Positions 51,543-61,704 are shown, counted from the first letter of the stretch. The stretch is 62,937 nt of DNA from Clostridiaceae bacterium (GCA_012727965.1 JAAYFZ010000016.1:1-62937); one strand, 5' to 3'. Program-made: numbers and translations. Notes: a model not told the origin generated them from the sequence alone.

Positions 51543-52457
51543 ATGGGATTATTTGATGTCTTCAAAAAAGGTTTACAGAAGACCAGGGACTTTGTTTCCG
51601 ATGGTTTTAATAGAATAGCTGCTAATATGGGCGTTTTCGATGAGGATATGCTGGATGAACTGGAAATGCTGCTTGTTCAGGCAGACATCGGTGCAAAAAG
51701 CGCTGTCCTTCTGATGGATCGTATTCGCGGTCATATTAAGAAAACGGGTGATGCATCCAGATCAACAGTACTAAGAGTTCTTAGTGAAGGAATGCTTGAG
51801 ATTCTCGGTGAGCCAGGTAGACTTGATTTCCAGAAGGGAAAGCTGAACATTATTTTACTAGTTGGTGTAAATGGCACAGGCAAAACAACTACAGCTGGCA
51901 AGCTCTGCAGTCGTTATGGGCAACAAGGATTCAAAACTATCATGGGTGCGGCTGATACTTTCCGTGCTGCTGCGATCGATCAGCTAAAAATCTGGGGTGA
52001 CAGAACAAATACGCCGATCATATCTCATGATGAAGGCTCAGATCCTGCTGCCGTGGTTTTCGATGCGATCAAAGCTGCACAGGCTCGCAAGGCTGATTTG
52101 CTTATTCTTGATACTGCCGGCAGACTTCACAATAAGCAGAATCTGATGGCTGAGCTCGGTAAAATCAGAAGAATAATTGAGAGAGAAGCTCCGGAAGCAA
52201 AGGTTGAGAGTTTGCTGGTAATAGATGCTACAACCGGTCAGAATGCTGTCGTTCAGGCACAAGTCTTCAGCGAGGTCGCTCAGGTAAGCGGTCTTATCAT
52301 CACAAAAATGGACGGCAATGCCAAGGGAGGCGTTGCCATCGCAGTATCACAAGAAACTCATACTCCTCTGTTCCTGGCTGGACTAGGTGAAGGCGTTGAA
52401 GACCTGATAGACTTCGATCCTGAGTCTTTTGTCCGTTCTCTGCTGCCTGAAGAATAA
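51543..52457 (+). CDS. ftsY: Signal recognition particle receptor FtsY (short form, NG domain only)
   Basis: Contains GVNGTGKTTTAGKL, DTAGRL and TKMDGNAKGG. Confidence 0.94.
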   Translation: MGLFDVFKKGLQKTRDFVSDGFNRIAANMGVFDEDMLDELEMLLVQADIGAKSAVLLMDRIRGHIKKTGDASRSTVLRVLSEGMLEILGEPGRLDFQKGKLNIILLVGVNGTGKTTTAGKLCSRYGQQGFKTIMGAADTFRAAAIDQLKIWGDRTNTPIISHDEGSDPAAVVFDAIKAAQARKADLLILDTAGRLHNKQNLMAELGKIRRIIEREAPEAKVESLLVIDATTGQNAVVQAQVFSEVAQVSGLIITKMDGNAKGGVAIAVSQETHTPLFLAGLGEGVEDLIDFDPESFVRSLLPEE

Positions 52458-52576
52458 TTAGTACGAGGCAGTCTTATCCCTGGAGTTCCCGTCTTTTGCC
52501 AGTTTTTTGTGAATAATGAATTGTTGTCAAGTAAAATAGCTTGACAGATCACGGGGGATGCAGTATTCTCTATTTC

Positions 52577-52918
52577 ATGCAGAAACCTGATATTAAGCCT
52601 GAACATACAGAGGTTTGTCTGTGGCTGGATTTTTATGGTCAGCTTCTGACAGACAGAACCAGAGAGGTCCTGGAATTATACTATCAGGAAGATATGACTC
52701 TGTCAGAAATTGCTGAAGAGCTTGGTATCAGCCGACAGGGTGTGCATGATAGGATCAAGCAGGGAACAAATAATCTTGGCAGCTATGAGAGCAAGCTTAA
52801 GCTTGTACAGAGATTTATCGCCCAGAAGGAACTTGCTTCCGGTGCGCTCAAGCTGCTTGATGAAAATGATATTGATTCAGCCAGAGAAATCATCAGTAAG
52901 CTGACTGATATGCTTTGA
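52577..52918 (+). CDS. ylxM: YlxM/p13-like putative DNA-binding protein (UPF0122)
   Basis: Contains LDFYGQLLTDRTREVLELYYQEDMTLSEIAEELGISRQGVHDRIK and lies directly upstream of ffh, as in Firmicutes. The ORF-track TTG start at 52541 is unlikely. Confidence 0.85.
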   Translation: MQKPDIKPEHTEVCLWLDFYGQLLTDRTREVLELYYQEDMTLSEIAEELGISRQGVHDRIKQGTNNLGSYESKLKLVQRFIAQKELASGALKLLDENDIDSAREIISKLTDML

Positions 52919-52959
52919 AGTTGATAGGAAGATAGTTTTTACTTATACAGGAGGAAACA

Positions 52960-54324
52960 ATGCCGATTTTTGATGGCTTGGCAAATAAGCTTACTGACAT
53001 AACTGCGAGAATGCGCGGCAAATCGCGTGTTACCGAGCAGGACATCAAGGATATGATGCGTGAGATCAGACTGGCTCTGCTAGAGGCTGATGTTCATTAT
53101 CAGGTAGTGAAAGATCTGGTTGGAGAGATTTCCGAGAAGAGTAAGGGCGCTGAAGTCATGGAGAGTTTGACACCTGGTCAGCAGGTAGTCAAGATCGTTC
53201 ACGAGTCATTGATAGACATACTGGGTCAGACCAGCGGCAAGATCGCTGTATCTCCATCAGGTTTTACCGTTTTGATGCTATATGGTCTGCAAGGTGCCGG
53301 TAAAACTACGACTGCTGCCAAATTAGCGCTGATGCTGAAAAAATCCGGGAAAAAGCCCATGGTCACATCAGTTGATGTCCATAGACCGGCAGCTGCTAAA
53401 CAGCTCGAAGTTTTGGCTAATCAGATCGGTGTTGAATGTTTCATTAAACCTGAAGAGAAATCCGCAAAGAAGATCGCGTCTCAGGCAATAGAGCGGGCTA
53501 AATATATGCTCTGCGATACATTAATCGTTGATACGGCTGGCCGTATGACTATCGATGAGGAAATGATGACTGAGCTCAGAGAAATCGGCGAGACAGTCAA
53601 ACCTACAGAGAAGCTGTTGGTAGTCGATGCAATGATCGGTCAGGAAGCTGTGAATGTCGCACTCTCCTTCGATAAGGAAATCGGGCTTGACGGCTTCATC
53701 ATGACTAAGCTGGACGGTGATGCCAGAGGCGGTGCAGCCCTGTCGATCAGAAGAATGACAGGCAAGCCGATCAAGCTGATCTGTGTTGGTGAAAAAGTTG
53801 AAGATATCGAAACATTTTATCCTGATCGTATGGCTTCAAGGATACTTGGCATGGGTGATGTACTCAGCCTGATCGAGAAGGCCAGCCAGAATATAGATGA
53901 GAAAAAAGCTCAGGATGCCTATGAGCGTCTTCGTAATAATCAGTTTACACTCGAGGATATGCTTGAGCAGATGGAGCAGGTCAGCAAGATGGGTTCGATC
54001 AAGGATATTCTGGGCATGCTTCCAGGCATGGGTGCCAAGAATTTGCCGATTGATGAAGTAGATGATAAGGCCATGGATAAACCGGCGGCCATCATTCGTT
54101 CGATGACTATCAAGGAGAGACGCAATCCATCCGTTCTTAATGCCAGCCGCAGACGCAGAATCGCTGCTGGTTCAGGAACAACAGTTCAGGATGTAAATAG
54201 CCTGATCAAACAATTTGAACAGACACAGAAAATGATGAAACAATTTGGTGGTTTATCCAAAGGCAGAAAAAAAGGACGCGGCAGAGGCGGTATGGGATTC
54301 GGCAAGAATGGCTTCCCGTTCTGA
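52960..54324 (+). CDS. ffh: Signal recognition particle protein Ffh
   Basis: Contains GLQGAGKTTTAAKL, DTAGR, TKLDGDARGGAALS, and a Met-rich M domain with a basic tail. Confidence 0.97.
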   Translation: MPIFDGLANKLTDITARMRGKSRVTEQDIKDMMREIRLALLEADVHYQVVKDLVGEISEKSKGAEVMESLTPGQQVVKIVHESLIDILGQTSGKIAVSPSGFTVLMLYGLQGAGKTTTAAKLALMLKKSGKKPMVTSVDVHRPAAAKQLEVLANQIGVECFIKPEEKSAKKIASQAIERAKYMLCDTLIVDTAGRMTIDEEMMTELREIGETVKPTEKLLVVDAMIGQEAVNVALSFDKEIGLDGFIMTKLDGDARGGAALSIRRMTGKPIKLICVGEKVEDIETFYPDRMASRILGMGDVLSLIEKASQNIDEKKAQDAYERLRNNQFTLEDMLEQMEQVSKMGSIKDILGMLPGMGAKNLPIDEVDDKAMDKPAAIIRSMTIKERRNPSVLNASRRRRIAAGSGTTVQDVNSLIKQFEQTQKMMKQFGGLSKGRKKGRGRGGMGFGKNGFPF

Positions 54325-54394
54325 TAAGCGGACAACAGGTTCTAACCTTTGATAAATATATATTTCAAGATCATAATTATGGAGGAATGTTATT

Positions 54395-54640
54395 ATGGCA
54401 GTTAAAATTCGTCTCAAGCGCATCGGCGCTAAGAAGGCCCCTTTCTATCGTATAGTTGTTGCTGATTCACGCTCACCGCGTGATGGCCGCTTCATCGAGG
54501 AGATCGGCACTTACAATCCGCTGGTAGAACCATCGGCAGTCACGATCAATGAAGAGTCAGCTCGTAAATGGCTGGCAAATGGCGCACAGCCGACAGATAC
54601 CGTTAAGTCTCTGCTTAAGAAAACCGGTATCCTGTCCTAA
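54395..54640 (+). CDS. rpsP: 30S ribosomal protein S16
   Basis: [42 protein letters not shown]. Confidence 0.97.
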   Translation: MAVKIRLKRIGAKKAPFYRIVVADSRSPRDGRFIEEIGTYNPLVEPSAVTINEESARKWLANGAQPTDTVKSLLKKTGILS

Positions 54641-54654
54641 CAGGAGGTAATCTT

Positions 54655-54885
54655 ATGAAGGAACTGCTCAGTACAATCGTTCGCCCTCTGGTGAGCGATC
54701 CTGATGCTATCTCTATCAACCAGATCGACCAGGGTTATACTATCGTGCTTGAACTGCAGGTAGCACCTGAAGATATGGGAAAAGTTATTGGCAAGCAGGG
54801 CAGACGGGCTCAGGCTATTCGATCGATCATGAAGGCCAAAGCGACTCTAACCGGCAAACGTGTGATCGTTGACATAATCGGTTGA
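54655..54885 (+). CDS. KH-domain RNA-binding protein (YlqC family)
   Basis: 76 aa with the VAPEDMGKVIGKQGRRAQAIRSI KH motif, between rpsP and rimM. Confidence 0.88.
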   Translation: MKELLSTIVRPLVSDPDAISINQIDQGYTIVLELQVAPEDMGKVIGKQGRRAQAIRSIMKAKATLTGKRVIVDIIG

Positions 54886-54893
54886 TCGAGGCG

Positions 54894-55433
54894 ATGAAGA
54901 TGAGGGATATTTTGCATATCGGCAGAATAGGCGCTCCTCATGGTCTTCACGGTGAAGTCAAGGTGCAGCCAATGACTGATGATATCAATCGCTTCAAGCA
55001 ATTGAAGGATTGTTTCATTGTCACTGAGGATGAAAAGGACCGGATGCCTGCCGTATGTGAGGGTGTCCGGTTTCTTAACAATCAGGTGCTGCTCAAATTG
55101 AAGGATTGTGAAGATCGTGAACAGGCAGCTGTTCTGCGTGGACGTTTGGTCAGTGTTGACAGAGAGCATGCTGTCGCATTGCCTGCTGATACCTGGTTTA
55201 TTTGTGACTTGATCGGCAGTGAGATCTATGCTGAGGAATATGGTTATCTTGGTAAACTTGTTGATGTAATTCAACAGTCAGCCCATGATGTCTATCTGGT
55301 TAGAGATAAGTCTAAGCCTGATATTCTCATACCTGTGCTGAAAACTATTGTTAAAAAGGTCGATATCGAAGCTGCGAGAATAGATGTTAAGCTGCCTGAT
55401 GGATTATACGAGATCTATCGCCAGGGAGAATGA
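54894..55433 (+). CDS. rimM: 16S rRNA processing protein RimM
   Basis: Contains IGRIGAPHGLHGEVKV and a PRC-barrel C-terminus. The start is uncertain (TTG 54882, ATG 54894 or ATG 54900). Confidence 0.88.
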   Translation: MKMRDILHIGRIGAPHGLHGEVKVQPMTDDINRFKQLKDCFIVTEDEKDRMPAVCEGVRFLNNQVLLKLKDCEDREQAAVLRGRLVSVDREHAVALPADTWFICDLIGSEIYAEEYGYLGKLVDVIQQSAHDVYLVRDKSKPDILIPVLKTIVKKVDIEAARIDVKLPDGLYEIYRQGE

Positions 55434-56230
55434 ACATGAGGTTTTCGGTTCTTACCTTGTTCCCTGAAATGATCAGAAACACTCTGGAGACCAGCATAAC
55501 AGGCAAGGCTCTGGAGAAGGGCTTGTTTGAGCTGGAGACAATTCAGATCAGGGATCATGCAGTAAACAGCTATGGTAAGGTAGATGATTATGTTTTCGGC
55601 GGCGGCAAGGGCATGCTGCTGATGGCAGAACCTGTATATCAATCCTGGCTTGATGCTGTGAAATGTTATTCTTCAGTACATGCAGATACGGAATTCGAAC
55701 AAGCGGCAGATAGCAGCGTTAAAAGAGCAAGAACGATCTATCTGTCTCCAAAAGGACGACGTTTCGATCAGGAAGCTGCAGCAAGAATTGCCAAGCAGGA
55801 TCATGTTATTCTGCTTTGTGGTCATTATGAGGGCATAGACCAGAGAGTCCTGGATCAGATCGTTGATGAGGAGATCTCATTAGGTGATTTTGTCCTGACG
55901 GGTGGCGAGCTTGCTGCCTGTGTAGTCATAGATGCAGCCGCAAGGCTCCTGCCAGGTGTATTGCCAGCTGAAGAAGCTTATATGAATGAGTCTCATATGA
56001 GTGGGCTGCTAGAGCAGCCTCATTATACAAGGCCGTCAGAGTGGCAGGGACGCGAAGTCCCGGAAATATTATTGTCAGGACATCAGGCCAGAATTGAGCG
56101 GTGGCAGTATCTGAGATCGCTCATGGAAACTCTGGACAAGAGGCCTGATTTGCTCAGAAGCTCAGACCTTAAGATTGAGGATTGGGAAGATCTGATCGTA
56201 ATACTGCAAGAGGACAAAAGCAGGAAATAA
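55430..56230 (+). CDS. trmD: tRNA (guanine37-N1)-methyltransferase
   Basis: Contains FSVLTLFPEM, DDYVFGGGKGMLL, LCGHYEGIDQRV, ISLGDFVLTGGE and YTRP. ATGA overlap with rimM. Confidence 0.95.
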   Translation: MNMRFSVLTLFPEMIRNTLETSITGKALEKGLFELETIQIRDHAVNSYGKVDDYVFGGGKGMLLMAEPVYQSWLDAVKCYSSVHADTEFEQAADSSVKRARTIYLSPKGRRFDQEAAARIAKQDHVILLCGHYEGIDQRVLDQIVDEEISLGDFVLTGGELAACVVIDAAARLLPGVLPAEEAYMNESHMSGLLEQPHYTRPSEWQGREVPEILLSGHQARIERWQYLRSLMETLDKRPDLLRSSDLKIEDWEDLIVILQEDKSRK

Positions 56231-56303
56231 TTTTAGGAATATGAGCGTTTGACAGCATAATCTGTCAAGTTCAGGTTGTTTAAGACAATTGAAGCATATT
56301 TGC

Positions 56304-56332
56304 TTGCCTTAACCGCCGCGCTCTGGTATAAT
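56304..56332 (+). promoter_or_regulatory. Putative sigma-A promoter of rplS
   Basis: TTGCCT, 17-nt spacer, TATAAT, with TG 1 nt upstream of the -10 hexamer (TGgTATAAT, extended -10). Confidence 0.5.
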
Positions 56333-56405
56333 TCCGATGTTTGAATACGGACGGTCCGCTGCAATTGCGTGCATGAACGTCCTTGGAAGAGAGGAGGAAC
56401 GCAAT

Positions 56406-56759
56406 ATGGACTTAGTAAAAGCAGTAGAACAGGGGCAGCTTAAGAGCGGCTATCCTGAAGTGAGCATTGGTGATTTTGTCAAGGTTCACCTGAAAATCAA
56501 AGAAGGCACCCGTGAGCGTATTCAGGTTTTTGAAGGTACGGTCATCGCCCGTAAAGGCGGCGGTCTGTCCGAAACCATCACTGTAAGAAGAATTTCATAT
56601 GGTGTCGGTGTAGAACGTATCCTGCCAGTCCATTCACCCAAGATCGATAAAATCGAGATCGTACGTAAGGGTAGAGTAAGAAGAGCAAAACTCTATTATC
56701 TGCGCGATAGGGTAGGTAAAGCAGCCAAGGTCAAAGAGAAGCTGCCGAACAGGAAGTAA
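56406..56759 (+). CDS. rplS: 50S ribosomal protein L19
   Basis: [13 protein letters not shown]...[42 protein letters not shown]. The ORF-track start at 56337 is an extension into the leader. Confidence 0.96.
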   Translation: MDLVKAVEQGQLKSGYPEVSIGDFVKVHLKIKEGTRERIQVFEGTVIARKGGGLSETITVRRISYGVGVERILPVHSPKIDKIEIVRKGRVRRAKLYYLRDRVGKAAKVKEKLPNRK

Positions 56760-56776
56760 AATTGATTTTTGCATAA

Positions 56777-56800
56777 GGGATCCGGAAACGGGTCCCTTTT
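56777..56800 (+). terminator. Rho-independent terminator after rplS
   Basis: GGGATCCG-gaaa-CGGGTCCC (one mismatch) followed by TTTTgTT. Confidence 0.55.
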
Positions 56801-56867
56801 GTTATGCTATTATATAGAAGCACGCGTCTTAAGCATCGATAGCAAACCAATAAGGAAGTGAAATATA

Positions 56868-57743
56868 ATGGCTGAAAATAAAACAAATATCAACTGGTTC
56901 CCAGGACATATGGCTAAGACTCTACGTCTGATGAAGGATCAGCTGAAGCTTGTTGACATGGTCATCGAGACCTGTGATGCGAGAATTCCCGAGAGCAGCA
57001 GAAATCCTGAGCTCGATAATCTGCTCGGACAAAAACCACGTATCCTGGTCCTGAGCAAAGCAGATCTGGCTGATCCTCAGTCTACCGCAAAATGGCTTGA
57101 TCACTACCAGGAAAAAAATCTTGAAGCAATCGCCTGTGAGAGTATCAACCGTCGCAGCCTCGAACCTCTGCGCCGCATGATCATTTCTATGAATCAGCAT
57201 AAAATAGATAAGGCAAAAGAGAAAGGTCGCCTGATCAGGCCGATCCGTGTCATGGTCGTGGGCATCCCGAATACCGGCAAATCAACGCTGATCAACAGTC
57301 TGAGCGGCCGCAAGGCTGCGATAGTCGGTGACCGTCCTGGCGTGACCCGTCATATCAGCTGGAGCCGTTCAGGTTCGGAACTGGAACTCCTAGACACTCC
57401 AGGTGTACTCTGGCCGCGTCTTGGTGAAAACAGATTCAAAATAAATCTGGCCGCTACTGGTGCGATCAAGGATGAGATACTACCGATAGAAGAAGTCGCA
57501 GGGCTCTGTTTCCTTGGCTTGGTCCGTGATTATCCGCAGTTGATCAAAGATAGATACAAGCTTGAGACAATAAATGATGAATTCGATGAACTACTGCCTC
57601 TTGATCAGCTACTTGAAGACGCTGCGCGTAAACGAGGCTGTCTTCTCTCTGGGGGCAGAGCTGATCTGACCAGATTTTCCAAGCTCTTTCTTGATGATCT
57701 AAGATCTGGCAGAATTGGACGTATTACGTTAGAGCGACCATAA
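56868..57743 (+). CDS. rbgA: Ribosome biogenesis GTPase A (YlqF/RbgA)
   Basis: Contains INWFPGHMAKT, the circularly permuted GTPase order (LSKADL before GIPNTGKST) and DTPGVLWP. Confidence 0.93.
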   Translation: MAENKTNINWFPGHMAKTLRLMKDQLKLVDMVIETCDARIPESSRNPELDNLLGQKPRILVLSKADLADPQSTAKWLDHYQEKNLEAIACESINRRSLEPLRRMIISMNQHKIDKAKEKGRLIRPIRVMVVGIPNTGKSTLINSLSGRKAAIVGDRPGVTRHISWSRSGSELELLDTPGVLWPRLGENRFKINLAATGAIKDEILPIEEVAGLCFLGLVRDYPQLIKDRYKLETINDEFDELLPLDQLLEDAARKRGCLLSGGRADLTRFSKLFLDDLRSGRIGRITLERP

Positions 57744-57756
57744 TAAGGAGAATTTT

Positions 57757-58407
57757 GTGAAGCGAAGAGAACAGGAGATTCTTAGATATCAACAAATGCT
57801 CGAATTTGAACAGCAGGCTCTGGAGCAGGGCTACCTGATGATTGCTGGTGTAGATGAAGCTGGCAGAGGCCCTCTGGCTGGTCCAGTGGCTGCAGCTGCC
57901 TGCATACTTGATCCTTCAAAACCGATCTATGGACTGAACGACTCCAAGAAATTATCTGCCGCCAGACGTGATCAGCTCTACGAAGAAATAATCAAAAACT
58001 CACTGGCCTATGCTGTTTGCATGTCTTATCCGGATGAAATAGATAGTATAAATATCCTGCAGGCGACCAAGAAGGCAATGACAGAGGCTGTAAACAGTCT
58101 GGAGCCGGCAGCCGATTATTTACTGCTTGACGCAATCAAGCTTGAACAGCTAAATCAGCCCGCTCTGTCACTGGTAAAAGGCGACGCCAGGTCAGTTTCG
58201 ATTGCTGCTGCATCTATTTTGGCAAAAGTAACCCGGGACCGCATGATGCTTAAGTATGACCAGGATTATCCTCAGTATGGCTTCGCAGCACATAAGGGAT
58301 ATGGTACACAGCAACATTATACAGCTCTGCTTGAATACGGATTGACACCTATCCATCGTTTGAGCTTCCTGAAAAATCTTGAGGAAAAGCGCCGTGACGA
58401 TCGATGA
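57757..58407 (+). CDS. rnhB: Ribonuclease HII
   Basis: Contains IAGVDEAGRGPLAGPV, DSKKLS and HKGYGT. GTG start 6 nt after GGAG. Confidence 0.93.
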   Translation: MKRREQEILRYQQMLEFEQQALEQGYLMIAGVDEAGRGPLAGPVAAAACILDPSKPIYGLNDSKKLSAARRDQLYEEIIKNSLAYAVCMSYPDEIDSINILQATKKAMTEAVNSLEPAADYLLLDAIKLEQLNQPALSLVKGDARSVSIAAASILAKVTRDRMMLKYDQDYPQYGFAAHKGYGTQQHYTALLEYGLTPIHRLSFLKNLEEKRRDDR

Positions 58408-58774
58408 TCAGGAAAGAAAAAGAAGAGGACATGATGCTGAGAGTTATATTTGCCGTAAAATGATCGAAAGAGGCTGTCAGATCGTTGAACGAAATTATTC
58501 GGCTGGTAAATTCGGTGAAATTGATATTATCGCAAGCTATGGCAGCAAGCTTCTATTCGTAGAGGTAAGAGCCAGGCAGGCTGATAGCAGGTTTGGAAGT
58601 CCGCTGGAATCCATAAGCAGGGCTAAGATAAGAAAAATTCGCAATAGCATCAAAATTTATCTTCAAAACAATCGCATTATGAATAGATTTATATCAATTC
58701 TTGCAGCTGCTGTTTATATGGACAGTAGTGGACAGATTATTGATTACGACATTGTGACAGTAGAAAGCCTGTAA
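58394..58774 (+). CDS. YraN-family (UPF0102) endonuclease-like protein
   Basis: Contains GHDAESYICRKMIERGCQIVERNY...GEIDIIA...LLFVEVRAR. The start is uncertain (GTG 58394 or TTG 58379) and overlaps the rnhB 3' end. Confidence 0.8.
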   Translation: MTIDDQERKRRGHDAESYICRKMIERGCQIVERNYSAGKFGEIDIIASYGSKLLFVEVRARQADSRFGSPLESISRAKIRKIRNSIKIYLQNNRIMNRFISILAAAVYMDSSGQIIDYDIVTVESL

Positions 58775-58871
58775 AATGCTGGATAATTCAGGTTGATTTA
58801 TTCTTGTGCATATGATATCTTTCCTCTATAATGTATACAATCTTATGGTTGAAATGCAAGGGGGATAAACA

Positions 58872-60152
58872 ATGCCGTCAAATAAGGCTCTACAAATGAA
58901 GAATGTCGAAGCTGAGCTTCAGAAACTCGAAGCTAAGTTTGAAGAATATAAGTCCATGGGTTTGAATCTCAATATGACCAGAGGCAAACCATGCAGTGAA
59001 CAGCTTGATCTTTCAGCAGAGCTCAACACTTGTCTTGCCGCTGATGATTATTTAGCTGAAGATGGGACTGACTGTCGTAATTACGGCGGACTTGATGGTA
59101 TTCCGGAAGCCAGGCGTCTGTTCGCTGAGCTGCTTGAGGTTCCAGCTGAAAATATTATGGCCGCCGGCAATTCCAGTCTCAACCTTATGTATGATAATGT
59201 TCTCAGGGCTTTGCTCTTTGCTCTGCCCGGCTCTGATAAATCATGGTCTGCACAGGGGCAGGTTAAGTTTATCTGTCCATCACCTGGCTATGACCGACAT
59301 TTTTTCGTTACACAGTCTCTTGGAATTGAGATGATACCGGTTGCTATGACTGCAGAGGGACCGGATATGGATGAAGTTGAAAAAATGGTAGCCGCAGATC
59401 CTATGATAAAGGGAATGTGGTCAGTGCCTGTTTACAGCAATCCAGATGGCATAATCTATTCAGAAGCAGTCTGTCGTCGTCTTGCTTCGATGAAGACTGC
59501 TGCCGCAGATTTTCGGATTTTTCTGGACAATGCTTATAATGTCCATTATCTTTTCCCTGAGCATGAAAATAAGATCCCGGAAATGATTTCTCTTTGTGCT
59601 GAATATGGCAATGAGAATAGAATTTTTGAGTTCGCGTCAACCTCCAAGATTACTTTTGCCGGTGGCGGAATGGCCTGTATAGCTGCAAGTACTGATAACC
59701 TTAACTGGATCAGGAAACATATGAGTGCGCAGACGATCGGACCTGATAAGCTGAATCAGCTTCGTCATGTAAGATTTCTTAAAAATGCCGAAGGTGTCAA
59801 TCAACTGATGGCAAAGCATGCTGATATTTTGAGACCTAAGTTCGTATTGGTTCTTGATCTGCTTGAAAAGAACCTGGCTGACTGTCCGGAATGCCATTGG
59901 ACCAGGCCGGAAGGAGGTTATTTTATCAGTGTTTTTGTCAGCAAAGGTACTGCGTCTGAGGTTGTTCGTTTAGCTAATGAATGTGGTGTAGCACTTACGC
60001 CCGCTGGCAATACTTATCCTTATGGCAAGGATCCTGACAATAGCAATATCAGGCTAGCGCCTTCTTTCCCGCCTCTGGATGAACTTAAACTGGCTATAGA
60101 AGTCTTCTGTGACTGTGTTATGCTGGCAACTCTCCGTAAGTTAAAACAATAA
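58872..60152 (+). CDS. PLP-dependent aminotransferase, class I fold (AspT-like aspartate aminotransferase family)
   Basis: Contains LNLNMTRGKPCSEQLDLS..., YGGLDGIPEAR and ...STSKITFAGGG (candidate PLP lysine). Confidence 0.75.
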   Translation: MPSNKALQMKNVEAELQKLEAKFEEYKSMGLNLNMTRGKPCSEQLDLSAELNTCLAADDYLAEDGTDCRNYGGLDGIPEARRLFAELLEVPAENIMAAGNSSLNLMYDNVLRALLFALPGSDKSWSAQGQVKFICPSPGYDRHFFVTQSLGIEMIPVAMTAEGPDMDEVEKMVAADPMIKGMWSVPVYSNPDGIIYSEAVCRRLASMKTAAADFRIFLDNAYNVHYLFPEHENKIPEMISLCAEYGNENRIFEFASTSKITFAGGGMACIAASTDNLNWIRKHMSAQTIGPDKLNQLRHVRFLKNAEGVNQLMAKHADILRPKFVLVLDLLEKNLADCPECHWTRPEGGYFISVFVSKGTASEVVRLANECGVALTPAGNTYPYGKDPDNSNIRLAPSFPPLDELKLAIEVFCDCVMLATLRKLKQ

Positions 60153-60245
60153 TATTAGTGATATAATACCCCTGTTGAATATGATAAACCGAAGGGAGGC
60201 AGACAGCATGATGTGGAATACGTGGGATTTCATGCTGTCGCACTT

Positions 60246-61676
60246 ATGAAAGATCGCTATGAGAGTCCTCTGAACAGCCGCTATGCCAGTAGCCAGATGC
60301 AGGAGTTGTTTTCTCCTGATAGAAAATTTCGTACATGGCGCAAACTCTGGATCGCACTTGCCGAAGCAGAAAAAGAACTTGGTCTGCCGATATCACAGGA
60401 GCAGATCGATGAGCTAAAAACTAATCAGGATAATATAAATTATGATGTGGCCGCTCGTGAAGAGGCGCTCGTAAGGCATGATGTCATGGCACATGTTCAT
60501 GCCTATGGGGAGCAATGTCCACAGGCCAAAGGAATTATCCATTTAGGTGCTACTTCTTGTTATGTTGGTGATAACACCGATCTGATCTTGATGTCAGAGG
60601 GTCTGGATATGATTCGCAATCAGCTGATTGCTGTAATTGCGCGCCTGGCAGATTTTGCGGATAAATATAAGAGTTTGCCTACACTTGGATTTACACATTT
60701 TCAGCCAGCACAGCTGGTCACAGTCGGTAAGCGTGCAACTCTCTGGATGCAGGAGCTGTTGCTTGATCTTGAGGATCTGGATCATGTCCGGGATGGACTT
60801 AAGCTGCTTGGCAGCAAGGGAACGACCGGAACTCAGGCCAGTTTTCTCAGCCTGTTTGATAATAATCATGAAAAGGTCAAAAAACTTGATCAGCTAATCG
60901 CTGATAAATTAGGTTTTAGTGGCGTTTATGCTGTTTCTGGCCAGACCTATTCACGTAAAATTGATTCAAGAGTTTTGAATGTTCTTGCAGGCATAGCTCA
61001 ATCTGCAGCGAAATTCAGTAATGACATGAGATTGCTGCAGCATCTCAAAGAGGTCGAAGAACCATTTGAGTCGGGGCAGATCGGATCATCAGCGATGGCC
61101 TATAAACGCAACCCAATGCGCAGTGAGCGTATTGCGTCGCTGGCCCGTTATGTTATAGCAGATGCGCAAAATGCAGCTATGACCAGCTCAGCCCAGTGGT
61201 TTGAGCGGACACTTGATGATTCGGCCAATAAGCGTATATCAGTGCCGGAAGCTTTTTTGGCTACTGATGCCATACTGACAATTTACTTGAATATTGCCGG
61301 TGGTATGGTTGTGTATCCGCGTGTTATAGAAAAACGCATTAGGGCTGAGCTGCCCTTCATGGCAACAGAGAATATTATGATGGCAGCGACTAAGGCAGGA
61401 GGAGATCGTCAGGAGCTTCATGAACGTATCAGGCAGCACAGTATGGCAGCCGGTGCTAGAGTGAAGCAGGAAGGTCTGGACAATGATCTGCTTGAGCGCA
61501 TAGCCGCCGATCCGGCCTTCAACCTGAAATTAGATGAGCTTGACCAGATGCTTGATCCTTCTGCTTATGTTGGCAGATCTCCTGAGCAGGTCAGCGAATT
61601 TCTGGAAGAGTTGATCCGGCCGCTTCTGGAACAAGAAAAAAATAATCTGAATATTTCAGATGAACTGAAAGTATAG
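60246..61676 (+). CDS. purB: Adenylosuccinate lyase (ADSL-like long form)
   Basis: Contains MKDRYESPLNSRYASSQMQELFS..KFRTWRKLW, HLGATSCYVGDNTD, GFTHFQPAQL, KGTTGTQASF and the signature GSSAMAYKRNPMRSE. The ORF-track GTG start at 60213 adds 11 non-conserved residues. Confidence 0.92.
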   Translation: MKDRYESPLNSRYASSQMQELFSPDRKFRTWRKLWIALAEAEKELGLPISQEQIDELKTNQDNINYDVAAREEALVRHDVMAHVHAYGEQCPQAKGIIHLGATSCYVGDNTDLILMSEGLDMIRNQLIAVIARLADFADKYKSLPTLGFTHFQPAQLVTVGKRATLWMQELLLDLEDLDHVRDGLKLLGSKGTTGTQASFLSLFDNNHEKVKKLDQLIADKLGFSGVYAVSGQTYSRKIDSRVLNVLAGIAQSAAKFSNDMRLLQHLKEVEEPFESGQIGSSAMAYKRNPMRSERIASLARYVIADAQNAAMTSSAQWFERTLDDSANKRISVPEAFLATDAILTIYLNIAGGMVVYPRVIEKRIRAELPFMATENIMMAATKAGGDRQELHERIRQHSMAAGARVKQEGLDNDLLERIAADPAFNLKLDELDQMLDPSAYVGRSPEQVSEFLEELIRPLLEQEKNNLNISDELKV

Positions 61677-61680
61677 CAGA

Positions 61681-61704
61681 AACGGCCGCAAGGCCGTTTT
61701 TTCT
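61681..61704 (+). terminator. Rho-independent terminator after purB
   Basis: AAACGGCC-gcaa-GGCCGTTT followed by TTTT. Confidence 0.8.
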
